Below are positions 18,858-27,928 of a stretch of 64,000 bases of DNA, one piece after another. The notes beneath the pieces were generated by a model that saw nothing but the letters and a program-made list of their open reading frames with translations, had not been told where the DNA came from and ran no database searches. Made by a program: the position numbers and the translations under genes. This stretch comes from an uncultured Neomegalonema sp. (GTDB taxonomy: Bacteria; Pseudomonadota; Alphaproteobacteria; Rhodobacterales; Rhodobacteraceae). The stretch covers positions 51,404-115,403 of the forward strand of contig CALKIZ010000012.1 in NCBI GenBank assembly GCA_937995735.1, written 5' to 3'. The number at the start of each line of letters is the position of its first letter. Position 1 is the stretch's first letter.

Positions 18858-20021
18858 TCAATGCGCAGCGGGCCGTAAGTTCTCTGAATGGCTACTTGTA
18901 GTGCAGGTCAAAACACCAGCCATCTTCCAAAAAATAAGCGCCAAGACAAAACCGCCATACCCGTCAACGGCATAATGCCATCCAAGTAGAACCGATCCCA
19001 CCATAATCGCGGCAAAAAAGACCCACGCAGCGGCAGCTATAATCCAGTTCACACGGCTAGCATAAATTGCAATCAATGAGGCACTTGCAACATGCATGGA
19101 TGGAAATGCCGAGATACCCGCAGAGCCATTGCGCGCACCGGTATAGCCTTCCCACAACAATTCTTGCGTAGACAATGCCCATAATGGAACTGTTTCGGCG
19201 GCTTCGTAGAGGGAATTCATCATCGGCACATATTCAGCGCCATACCCGGCAAGTTCGTAAAATGCCGGACCAGCCGACGAGAAAATAATGGCGAGGAAAA
19301 ATCCACCGAATAACCAAGTCAGCGCGAAACTGACTAGATATTGCATATGCGCGCCTCGCCCGCGCATACCCGCAAGTAAGAGGCTGATGATAACGACGAC
19401 AAACCACGCATTATATATCAGATTGAATATACCCAAAATGGTAGGATGGTACATTAACGACCCAAACCACTCATGCGGTAACACTCCAAAGTGAAGTGCG
19501 ATATCCCAGTTCTTGAACGTTTCATCCCAAGCAAACGGGCTGATGATTGCAATCGCACCTTTCAACACGGAAAAGCCAGTTAAGAACAATGAAATCGAAA
19601 TCAACATATGAACTGAGTTCAGTATCGCTTCCCGGTCAAATATCTGTTTCGACCACTCAAGCAACGCTCCGCTAGCACTCACCGGTTTCTCTATCAATGC
19701 CATCCTCGCGAGCTTCCATCCAAGAACAATCGCGAGCACCAAAGTTAGCGAAATTCCGCAAAAATAAGTAAAGTTAATAACGACCCCAAAATCAGGCTTA
19801 TTTCCGCTAAAGTCAGAAACAGGAAACGAAAGCAAGAATGTAAATAACCCGAAGAAATAAAGCGTTATGTAATTCTTCGCAATACGAAGAGCATCCTCGA
19901 AAAACCGCAAACCTTCATTAGTACTTCCCGTATTTGCTATCGGATGGGTCAAGGTTAGCTCCTCACAAAGCATTGCCAATAAGGGCGCTGCCAACCGCAG
20001 CTCGAACCAGTGCAATATCAA
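18858..20021 (-). CDS. polytopic membrane protein with a PAP2_C / sphingomyelin-synthase-like C-terminal motif (paralogue 1)
   Basis: 387 aa with many TM segments. The C-terminal SAFPSMHVASA...GWHYAVDGYGG matches the S-x-H ... H-Y-x-x-D lipid-phosphate-transferase motifs. It is clearly homologous to 58976-60169. Confidence 0.6.
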   Translation of the reverse strand: MILHWFELRLAAPLLAMLCEELTLTHPIANTGSTNEGLRFFEDALRIAKNYITLYFFGLFTFLLSFPVSDFSGNKPDFGVVINFTYFCGISLTLVLAIVLGWKLARMALIEKPVSASGALLEWSKQIFDREAILNSVHMLISISLFLTGFSVLKGAIAIISPFAWDETFKNWDIALHFGVLPHEWFGSLMYHPTILGIFNLIYNAWFVVVIISLLLAGMRGRGAHMQYLVSFALTWLFGGFFLAIIFSSAGPAFYELAGYGAEYVPMMNSLYEAAETVPLWALSTQELLWEGYTGARNGSAGISAFPSMHVASASLIAIYASRVNWIIAAAAWVFFAAIMVGSVLLGWHYAVDGYGGFVLALIFWKMAGVLTCTTSSHSENLRPAAH

Positions 20022-20085
20022 TGTAAAAAGTTAAAATTTTAGAAGGCAGAACCTACAAAATCCTTCACAAACATTGGCAAAATGG

Positions 20086-20745
20086 CTATTTTTGCGCTGT
20101 CAGCGTCTCTTCTAACTCGGCAAAGTTCCTAACCAAAACATCTGCACCACTTTCCAAAAGAACGGCGTCAGAATGATATCCCCAAGTCACACCGATAGCA
20201 TGACATCCGAAAGACTTCGCCATCAGCATGTCATAGCTGGTATCCCCAATCATGATCATGCTATCCACTCCGGTCAGCCGAGCACAGTTTTCAAGCATTC
20301 CAGGGTGCGGTTTTGAAGGAGCGTCATCAGCGGACTGCGTTGCCACAAAATGCCCACGCAACCCTGACTGATCGAGCAAATGATCAAGGCCACGCCGCGC
20401 TTTTCCCGTTGCCACCGCCAGCAACTCACCCGAATTGTTAAGGCGATCCAAACAATCCCGCGCGCCATCATAAAATGTTGCGCTTTCATTAGGGTTGGCT
20501 TCACGCCACGCTATCGAAGATTGTCTGAATGTCCTGTCAATCACTGACAAAACTTCGCCGCTCTGCCCCGGCGCAAGCGCCGCCACTGCTTGAGGGACAG
20601 ATAGGCCGACAATCCCCCTAATAGCGTCGTCAGAGGGCGCGGGCAATTCCACTGCTGTGAACGCATCGCGCATTGCGTGGATAATCGCAGCTTGGCTATC
20701 GACCAGTGTCCCATCGCAATCGAAAACGATCAAGCGCAGGCTCAT
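20086..20745 (-). CDS. HAD-family hydrolase (phosphoglycolate phosphatase-like)
   Basis: Motif I FDCDGTLVDS, motif III K and motif IV GDTSYD are present. 219 aa. Confidence 0.75.
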   Translation of the reverse strand: MSLRLIVFDCDGTLVDSQAAIIHAMRDAFTAVELPAPSDDAIRGIVGLSVPQAVAALAPGQSGEVLSVIDRTFRQSSIAWREANPNESATFYDGARDCLDRLNNSGELLAVATGKARRGLDHLLDQSGLRGHFVATQSADDAPSKPHPGMLENCARLTGVDSMIMIGDTSYDMLMAKSFGCHAIGVTWGYHSDAVLLESGADVLVRNFAELEETLTAQK

Positions 20746-21770
20746 GCTTTCGGCTCCGGCAATAAATCTTCATCATCGCCCAGCGATAAATCCCAACCGA
20801 ATGTCTCCCACGAATGCCGCATATGTTCGGGCATCTCTGCGATAAGTTCGACGGTCCGCCCAGACCCATCAGGATGCGGTATAGCAATGTGCCGAGCATG
20901 TAAGTGCAACTTGTTACTGATCGAACCAGTCACACGGCGTTCGGCATCTTCACCTGATGGACCGTATTTCCCGTCGCCAATAATCGGACAATTAATCGCC
21001 GAGAGATGCGCCCGGAGTTGGTGCGTGCGTCCTGTTACGGGCCGCAGAGCCATCCATGACGCTCTCTTCGCCGCTGTTTCTACGACCGCATAATCCGTGA
21101 TTGAGCGTTTGGCATTCGGATGCTGCGCCATCTCGCGCGGTTCGATACAGATCATCTTCTCGCCCATCGGTCCGGGCAGTTTTTCCAACGCATAGGCCAC
21201 CGTGCCTTTCCGTACTTTTGGTACACCGACACAAGCCGCCCAGTAAAGCTTACGCGCCGCTTTCGAACGAAAAGCTCCCGTCAGCGCCCGCGCAGCCGCA
21301 CCGTGACGCGCCAGCACCAACAATCCTGATGTGTCTTTGTCAATACGGTGTACCAGCTTGGGCCTATCCCCCTCTCCGGCAAGTGCCCCGAGCATTCCGT
21401 CAATATGCCTCGACTGCCCAGTACCGCCTTGCACCGGGATACCGGGAGGCTTGTTCAGCGCGATCATATGATCATCCTCATAGATCACCATCGAGCGGAT
21501 CAGCTTAACATCGGCATCTGAGATATTCCGCATCGGTTTAGGCGGCGGTGCGTCACCATCAGGCACAGGAGGAACGCGCACCATCATATGCGCTTCAATC
21601 CGTGCGTTAGATTTTGCGCGGCCACCATCCAGCCGCACCTCGCCCTTACGCAGCATCTTTTCAATGCGTCCCTGGGTAAGCTGAGGAAACTTAGCCCGGA
21701 GCCAGCGGTCAATTCGCTGTCCGGCCTCCCCCGGTTCGACTTCTAGGTGTTGAACGCCGCTCATGGCCAT
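20742..21770 (-). CDS. rluC: RluA-family 23S rRNA pseudouridine synthase (RluC-like, with S4 domain)
   Basis: It has an N-terminal S4-like domain and the catalytic motif HRIDKDTSGLLVLA. Confidence 0.8.
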   Translation of the reverse strand: MAMSGVQHLEVEPGEAGQRIDRWLRAKFPQLTQGRIEKMLRKGEVRLDGGRAKSNARIEAHMMVRVPPVPDGDAPPPKPMRNISDADVKLIRSMVIYEDDHMIALNKPPGIPVQGGTGQSRHIDGMLGALAGEGDRPKLVHRIDKDTSGLLVLARHGAAARALTGAFRSKAARKLYWAACVGVPKVRKGTVAYALEKLPGPMGEKMICIEPREMAQHPNAKRSITDYAVVETAAKRASWMALRPVTGRTHQLRAHLSAINCPIIGDGKYGPSGEDAERRVTGSISNKLHLHARHIAIPHPDGSGRTVELIAEMPEHMRHSWETFGWDLSLGDDEDLLPEPKA

Positions 21771-22141
21771 ACCGCCCTTCCGAGCGCCAGCCCGCCAAAT
21801 AATGCAAGAATAGACAAAACTACCGACCCGCCGACATACAGCGTAGCGTGACCCATACGTCCATTTTCGATTAAATTCAAAGCATCAAGCGAGAATGCGG
21901 AGAAAGTCGTGAACCCGCCAAGCACACCTGTCATCAAAAAAGGCGCATAGGCTCCCCAAGTTCCGGGAAATCTATGCACCATCACCACCGCTGCGATACC
22001 CATAATCAGCGAGCCGAGCACATTCACAGCCATCGTGCCGACGGGAAATCCCGGCCCAAAAACGCGCAATGCCCAAACGCCAACACCATATCGGAGAGAT
22101 GCGCCGATTGCGCCGCCGAGAGCTACGGATAATACTGTCAT
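21761..22141 (-). CDS. crcB: fluoride ion channel CrcB/Fluc
   Basis: I chose the ATG at 22141 (MTVLSVALGGAIGASLRYGV...GTMAVNVLGS...GGFTTFSAFS), giving a typical ~126-aa CrcB. The longer track ORF would overlap the divergent dehydrogenase gene. Confidence 0.85.
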   Translation of the reverse strand: MTVLSVALGGAIGASLRYGVGVWALRVFGPGFPVGTMAVNVLGSLIMGIAAVVMVHRFPGTWGAYAPFLMTGVLGGFTTFSAFSLDALNLIENGRMGHATLYVGGSVVLSILALFGGLALGRAVWP

Positions 22142-22190
22142 TCTGCGCGTATACAGCGCCGCCCCCGTTACAGCAATCAAGAGGTTTCCT

Positions 22191-23270
22191 ATGCCGCGTA
22201 ATCCAATGAAAATCGCAACCATTCCCGGTGACGGTATTGGCAAGGAAACACTGCCGGAGGGTCTCAAAGTTTTAGACGCAGCAGCAAAACGCTTTGATCT
22301 CGCATTTGACTTTACCAAGCACGATTTTGCCTCCGCCGAGTTCTACACCGAGCATGGCGATATGATGCCACCGGATTGGAAAGAACGCCTGCAAGACAGC
22401 GATGCCATATTTTTTGGCGCTGTAGGATGGCCGGATGTCGTCCCCGATCACATTTCACTTTGGGGGTCGCTCATCAAGTTTCGCCGCGAGTTCGATCAAT
22501 ATGTCAATATGCGCCCTGCCCGCGCCATGCCGGGTGTTCCGTTACCCCTCGTCGGGCGCGGCCCCGGTGACATCGACATGGTTATTATTCGCGAGAACAC
22601 CGAGGGGGAGTATTCCTCGATTGGCGGAAAAATGTTTCCGGGAACCGACCGCGAGGTCGTGCTGCAAGAAACTGTCATGTCCCGCATCGGCGTTGATCGG
22701 ATACTGAGGTATGCGTTTGAACTTGCAGTAAAGCGTGGTGGCCATCTCACATCGGCAACTAAATCAAATGGCATATCAATAACAATGCCTTATTGGGATG
22801 AACGTGTTGCAGAGATGGCGGAAAAATATCCCAATGTAAAAGTCGATAAATTCCATATCGACATTCTCGTCGCACAATTTGTGCTGCATCCTGATTGGTT
22901 TGATGTGGTTGTTGCCTCAAATCTTTTTGGTGACATTCTCTCGGACCTTGGCCCCGCTTGTACAGGTACGATTGGCATCGCTCCATCGGGCAACATCAAT
23001 CCCGAAAGAAAGTTTCCCTCACTGTTCGAGCCTGTCCACGGATCTGCGCCGGATATTGCCGGTAAAGGCATCGCAAACCCTATCGGCCAGATTTGGGCCG
23101 GCGCTATGATGCTCGACCATCTTGAACAGCCCAAAGCGGCTTCGGCTATTGTCTCTGCAATCGAAGCCGTTCTGTCCGATCAATCCCTCAGAACTGCAGA
23201 TTTAGGCGGTAAAGCCGATACGAAGACCTGCGGGGCAGCAGTCGCTGATGCCATCCTAAGCGGGATTTAA
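22191..23270 (+). CDS. tartrate dehydrogenase/decarboxylase (D-malate dehydrogenase) of the isopropylmalate dehydrogenase family
   Basis: The ATG at 22191 follows GAGG. IPGDGIGKE, NLFGDILSDL and HGSAPDIAGKGIANP motifs are present, and the length is about 359 aa. Confidence 0.75.
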   Translation: MPRNPMKIATIPGDGIGKETLPEGLKVLDAAAKRFDLAFDFTKHDFASAEFYTEHGDMMPPDWKERLQDSDAIFFGAVGWPDVVPDHISLWGSLIKFRREFDQYVNMRPARAMPGVPLPLVGRGPGDIDMVIIRENTEGEYSSIGGKMFPGTDREVVLQETVMSRIGVDRILRYAFELAVKRGGHLTSATKSNGISITMPYWDERVAEMAEKYPNVKVDKFHIDILVAQFVLHPDWFDVVVASNLFGDILSDLGPACTGTIGIAPSGNINPERKFPSLFEPVHGSAPDIAGKGIANPIGQIWAGAMMLDHLEQPKAASAIVSAIEAVLSDQSLRTADLGGKADTKTCGAAVADAILSGI

Positions 23271-23400
23271 ATATCTCAAACGACACGCAAAATCGGAAGG
23301 CATTCACTCTTGGCATGGCTTCCGAATCAGGTTTTACGAAGCAAAGAGCTTCACACAAACTGACCCAGTATCTTAAAGTTAACTCAAGCGGCTATAAAGC

Positions 23401-23428
23401 AAAAAAGAGCGCGCCATGAGCACGCTCT
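23401..23428 (-). terminator. rho-independent terminator (minus strand)
   Basis: The minus strand reads AGAGCG-11 nt-CGCTCT followed by TTTTTT. It lies about 180 nt downstream of the 23607 gene end. Confidence 0.45.
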
Positions 23429-23606
23429 TCTCTCCTCCCAAGACTGGCTAACTTCCGCGCATCGCAACGCAACCAGAACTCGAACAGCGTCAGTTTTTAT
23501 CTGATCTATGGCAATGCCGAACCAAGGTGATTTCGGATCGGCATTTTATACACTTTGATATCGTTCAGGCGTCAAAACCATAGCAAAGATGTCATCATGG
23601 TAGTGC

Positions 23607-24011
23607 TCAGTAGGTTTGAAAAACCTCTACGCCCACAGGCGCGACAAGATCACCACTGATAATGGTTTCATAAACAATACCATCAATCGTCTCGGATATG
23701 ATCGTGTTGCCTGATTGGTCTGTTGGTAATCCGGTTTCATAGGAGGAGCCAAAACCCGCTTCATAAGCGACCGGTGTTTCTTCATATGCCTGATAAGCGG
23801 TTTCTTGCAGTGCATACACGTTAGCGGTTTCTTCGATCCCTACCGAATCAACGTACCCGTAGGCAGGAGACGGCACATACTCATTATAAAATTGAGACTG
23901 CGCGCTGTTGTCGTAAATACCATTATTCGTGTATGTCGTCTCGGCGGATAAGCCAAAAGGAACATTCGCTACAAAAAATGCAGCACTGAAAACTGATGCG
24001 ATTTTACGCAT
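23607..24011 (-). CDS. small secreted acidic Tyr/Glu/Thr-rich protein, unknown function
   Basis: 134 aa with a signal peptide (MRKIASVFSAAFFVANVPFGLSA|E). The mature part is rich in Y, E, T, S and A. Confidence 0.55.
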   Translation of the reverse strand: MRKIASVFSAAFFVANVPFGLSAETTYTNNGIYDNSAQSQFYNEYVPSPAYGYVDSVGIEETANVYALQETAYQAYEETPVAYEAGFGSSYETGLPTDQSGNTIISETIDGIVYETIISGDLVAPVGVEVFQTY

Positions 24012-24207
24012 GGGTTTACTCCGGGGATGGACGCTTGAGCCACGTCCGGTCGCGGTTCACCATGAACTGCAAAAGGGGCAATGCTCCTAAAACAATCATT
24101 AAGATCGCTCATTCCCGACATACGGTAAAATAGATGTCGGAAACGAACTCTCTATCGCCCAGGCAATCAATCAAATGCCCAACCGTATGTCTTTATCACC
24201 GGAAAAA

Positions 24208-25311
24208 TTAAACCGCGCCTTCCGACATGACCGCGAGAATGCGCGAGTCGCCTGACAAGCCAAGCGCTGTTCGATCCGCGTCACTGCACGTCATTAATGC
24301 CGCCAATCCCGCTGCACCGGAGGGCGAGCTTTCCAGCCCGGCCACCGCAAGCTGTGCAACCGCAGCCGCCGCCTCATCATCAGACAGCGTTACGAATGCA
24401 TCGGCTTCCCGTGCGAGGTATTCAAGCGCTACATGCGAGGAGTCTTTACAATCCAGCCGTCCCATAGTCGAAACTGGTCCCGGCGCTGTGACAGGTCCGC
24501 CCGCCTGCACACCCTCCAGCAAACAAGCCGCCGCATCAGGTTCGACAACGATAATTTTGGGATCGCCCCCCCACGCATCGCGCAAAGTCGCCGCGACCGC
24601 CGATGCCATACCGCCAACGCCCGCTTGCAAGAAAATATGCGTAGGGGCCTCCATCGCTTCGACCGTTTCAGCCGCGAGAACCGTGTAACCCTCCAGCACA
24701 GTCAAAGCCGGATCAACATATCCCGGCCATGTGGAATCTGAGATTAGCAAACCATCGGTACGCCCGGCCTGTTCCGCCGCCGCCATGCTTTCCTCGTAGA
24801 TCTCGCCAGCCCGAACCACTGTCGCGCCAATGCCTCTCAAACGCTCGGCAAAGCCTTCCGGCACAGATTCGCTGAGGTAGACGCTGGCTTTTACACCAAA
24901 AACCCGCGCTCCCGCAGCCACCGACAAGCCGTGATTTCCGGCGCTGGCGCATAATACGTGCAAATCACCGACGGCGGACTTTACCGCATCCGAGGTCAAT
25001 TCACTCGCAGGAACCGGGCGCCCGAGCGCAGCCTCCGCCGCTTCCTTGACCGCACAAGCTACCGCATAAGCGCCGCCCAGCGCCTTAAAGCTGCCCAGCC
25101 CCATGCGTTGCCGTTCATCCTTGATGCGAATACTCGCCACACCGAGCGCCCCAGCCAAATCAGCGCGATCTAACAATGGCGTTTCAGCGTGAACGGGACA
25201 GGCCGACAACATCGCCAGCACAGGATCAGCCACCGTGCGAAGAACACCCCGCGCTATCTCGACATCGGGCGATAGACCGGTCCCGCGCAGCGGATTCGAA
25301 ACGATTTTCAT
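24208..25311 (-). CDS. PLP-dependent enzyme of the Trp-synthase-beta fold, diaminopropionate ammonia-lyase-like
   Basis: KDERQRMGLGSFKALGGAY is a PLP-lysine motif typical of DAP ammonia-lyases. A glycine-rich loop GVGGMA is also present. Confidence 0.6.
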   Translation of the reverse strand: MKIVSNPLRGTGLSPDVEIARGVLRTVADPVLAMLSACPVHAETPLLDRADLAGALGVASIRIKDERQRMGLGSFKALGGAYAVACAVKEAAEAALGRPVPASELTSDAVKSAVGDLHVLCASAGNHGLSVAAGARVFGVKASVYLSESVPEGFAERLRGIGATVVRAGEIYEESMAAAEQAGRTDGLLISDSTWPGYVDPALTVLEGYTVLAAETVEAMEAPTHIFLQAGVGGMASAVAATLRDAWGGDPKIIVVEPDAAACLLEGVQAGGPVTAPGPVSTMGRLDCKDSSHVALEYLAREADAFVTLSDDEAAAAVAQLAVAGLESSPSGAAGLAALMTCSDADRTALGLSGDSRILAVMSEGAV

Positions 25312-25323
25312 AAGGGGTTATCT

Positions 25324-26130
25324 CTACTTATTGTCTTTGCGCCGACGAACTTCAGCAAAAACAGTCGGAGCATCCGTCCCCACCAAACCAACTGACCGCG
25401 CCACCGCTGCGGTATCCGCGCGGATAAAGGGGTTGGTTTTCTTTTCCAAACCCAGCAACGAAGGTGCAGTATATCTGCCCTGTTTTAGTGTTTCTGTTAC
25501 CTCGGCAATACGGGCCAGCAATTCAGGATTATCCGGCTCTATATCAAGTGAGAAATCACCGTTTGCTGCCGTATACTCATGGCCAAAGAAAACCGTTGTA
25601 TCATCAGGCAAAGCCTTCAACGCCGCCAACGATCCCCACATTTGCAAAGCCGTACCCTCGAACAAACGGCCACAGCCCATCGCGAATAGAGTATCACCGC
25701 TAAAGAGAACCTTTGGCCCCGGCATGTGATAAACGATGTGGCCAACAGTATGCCCCGGTGTATCGAAAATATCGACGGTATGGTCCCCAAAACGCCAAGG
25801 CTGACCTGCCGTTACTTCAATATCGAGCTTGGGTAACCGCACCGCATCCGCTTTTGCGCCAACAACTTTAACATTGCCGCGTGCTCGCAGCTTTTCGACA
25901 CCCTCCACATGATCCCCGTGATGGTGAGTCAGCAGGATGTGGGTCAAATCCCATTCTAAATAATCAAGTGCCGATTCGATTTGCGCGGCCTCGGGCGCAT
26001 CAATCGCAGCAACCAAACCGCTGTCTTTGTCCCGCGCCAGATACCCGTAATTGTCCGACCGGCAAGGAAAAGTCGCTATATCGAGCGCACCACATGCGGT
26101 CATTTTGATAATCTCGGCTGCATCCGCCAT
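25324..26130 (-). CDS. gloB: hydroxyacylglutathione hydrolase (glyoxalase II)
   Basis: It has the metallo-beta-lactamase motif THHHGDH, then GHT.GH and a C-terminal NPF...substrate-binding region. AAGGA lies 8 nt upstream of the ATG at 26130. Confidence 0.85.
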   Translation of the reverse strand: MADAAEIIKMTACGALDIATFPCRSDNYGYLARDKDSGLVAAIDAPEAAQIESALDYLEWDLTHILLTHHHGDHVEGVEKLRARGNVKVVGAKADAVRLPKLDIEVTAGQPWRFGDHTVDIFDTPGHTVGHIVYHMPGPKVLFSGDTLFAMGCGRLFEGTALQMWGSLAALKALPDDTTVFFGHEYTAANGDFSLDIEPDNPELLARIAEVTETLKQGRYTAPSLLGLEKKTNPFIRADTAAVARSVGLVGTDAPTVFAEVRRRKDNK

Positions 26131-26214
26131 TCTCGCGTCCTTTCGGGAGTATCGATTCTCTGCTTGATACTATTGCCTTGTACGTCCAATTGAACAGATG
26201 ATGATACCCACGCA

Positions 26215-26997
26215 ATGCAGGAGGCGATGCCAATGCATCTCGACATCGCGTCCCTTTGGGATTTTTACTACACGCATCATTTGGGTGCAGTCGCACAGCG
26301 GAATCTTCAACTCACATTGCGGGGCATATGGCCGGATGTAAAAGGAATGTCCGTCCTTGGATACGGATTCACTGCACCCTTTATGCGGCCTTTTGCGAAT
26401 GAAGCCGCGCGGACGCTCTGTTTTATGCCCGAAGTTCAAGGGGCCGGGGTTTGGCCGCGCGAAGGCCATAGCGCAACTGCGCTTGTTCGCCCCGGTGAGT
26501 TGCCTCTTCCGAACGGCTTTGTTGATCGATTGATTATTGCTCATGCAATCGAGGCGGAACCGCGCCTTGATGCCCTAATGGAAGAGATTTGGCGGATTCT
26601 CGCACCCGACGGGCGCGTCTTGATTATTGCTGCCAATCGAAGCGGGCTGTGGGCTAGAACGGACAACACCCCTTTCGGCATTGGCAGGCCCTATTCTGCA
26701 AGGCAACTCGACCGCCTGCTCCGTGATCATAATCTCACACCGGAAGCGCATAGCGGCGCGCTTTATTTTCCGCCCAGCGACCGCAGGTTTTGGCTTCGTA
26801 CTTCTGCAACCGCAGAGCGCTTCGGGCGACGTGTCGACGCACAACGTTTCGCGGGAGCTTTGCTTGTTGAAGCCTCAAAACAGGTCTTTGCCTTGCCTCG
26901 AAATGGCGTAAAAGCGAGAGCTGGCGGCTTGCTTGGCCCGATCAAAGGCCTCGCCCCCAAGCCAGTAAAGCCGGTTGGGGCATCAAACCGCGATTGA
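26215..26997 (+). CDS. class I SAM-dependent methyltransferase-like protein
   Basis: 260 aa and divergent from gloB, a common alphaproteobacterial arrangement as I recall. The motif evidence is weak. Confidence 0.5.
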   Translation: MQEAMPMHLDIASLWDFYYTHHLGAVAQRNLQLTLRGIWPDVKGMSVLGYGFTAPFMRPFANEAARTLCFMPEVQGAGVWPREGHSATALVRPGELPLPNGFVDRLIIAHAIEAEPRLDALMEEIWRILAPDGRVLIIAANRSGLWARTDNTPFGIGRPYSARQLDRLLRDHNLTPEAHSGALYFPPSDRRFWLRTSATAERFGRRVDAQRFAGALLVEASKQVFALPRNGVKARAGGLLGPIKGLAPKPVKPVGASNRD

Positions 26998-27046
26998 ATC
27001 CACGCGCCTGCCCGCCTAAAGCTGACGGGAAGCAAGGGACGGGCCT

Positions 27047-27928
27047 ATGACCGATACAGCACTGCCAACAGAAACCGAAGAACAACGGGCGACAAATCTC
27101 TCGGAAATCCGTGTCGGAATCGATTCGGTTGATGATCAGATTCATGCCTTGCTGTTACGCCGCGCTGAATTTGTAGAGCAAGTCGCCGCTACCAAACGCC
27201 TACCCGACGGAACATTGCCAAAAGGCGCATATCGCGCAGCCCGCGAAGCCTCAATAATGCGTCGCCTGCACGCACAGAACCGTTCTCCCCTGCCCTTCAG
27301 CATCGTTTTTACCTGTTGGCGAGAGATCATCGGCGGATTTACGGCAATGCAAAACCCTGTATCCATCTCGGTACATGCTTCACCTTCCAACGACATCCTC
27401 GACACCGCACGCGCGCATTTTGGTGCAGCGGCTCTAATCTCACCGCGCAAAACTTTCGAGAGTGTGGTCCAAGACATCGCGCAAGACGCCGGGACAATAG
27501 GCGTGGCATCAGCCCGATTTAAAGATAATGGACAAGATGCATGGTGGCTGACTTACATGGGCAACGACGGGCAATCACCTCGTGTTATCTCCGCCTTGCC
27601 CTTCTATGGAGACGAGATCACCGCATATTGTCTCAGTCTGGCCCCCATGGAAGAAAGTGGAGACGATGAGACACTCCTTGCCATACAATTCGACACGATT
27701 CAGAACAACGATGACATCGGCAAACGGCTAGACAGCGCGTCAATCGAAGCAGAGGTATTGCATATCTCCGGCAACACGGCGCTGATCAAAATTGTTGGCT
27801 TTCACGTTGAACAAGATGCCCCTGCGCATCAAACACTTGCAAAAGCACTCGATGTTCAAACGTCGCAAATTTCGGTTATTGGGGCTTATCCAACTCCGAT
27901 CCGCAAACTTTCCGACAAAGGGGAATGA
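27047..27928 (+). CDS. chorismate mutase (AroQ-type N-terminal domain) with a C-terminal domain of unclear function
   Basis: The N-terminus LSEIRVGIDSVDDQIHALLLRRAEFVEQVAATK is CM_2-like. The gene precedes hisC and tyrC. Confidence 0.7.
   Translation: MTDTALPTETEEQRATNLSEIRVGIDSVDDQIHALLLRRAEFVEQVAATKRLPDGTLPKGAYRAAREASIMRRLHAQNRSPLPFSIVFTCWREIIGGFTAMQNPVSISVHASPSNDILDTARAHFGAAALISPRKTFESVVQDIAQDAGTIGVASARFKDNGQDAWWLTYMGNDGQSPRVISALPFYGDEITAYCLSLAPMEESGDDETLLAIQFDTIQNNDDIGKRLDSASIEAEVLHISGNTALIKIVGFHVEQDAPAHQTLAKALDVQTSQISVIGAYPTPIRKLSDKGE

Noticed and set aside
22035-22190. N-terminal extension of the dehydrogenase ORF, and the 185-aa version of crcB
   Set aside because: The two long ORFs would overlap each other on opposite strands. 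Internal starts at 22191 (after GAGG) and 22141 give canonical lengths and N-termini.
22142-22190. Possible fluoride riboswitch upstream of crcB
   Set aside because: The available leader is only about 50 nt. Reading it on the minus strand, I could not find the conserved crcB-motif elements.
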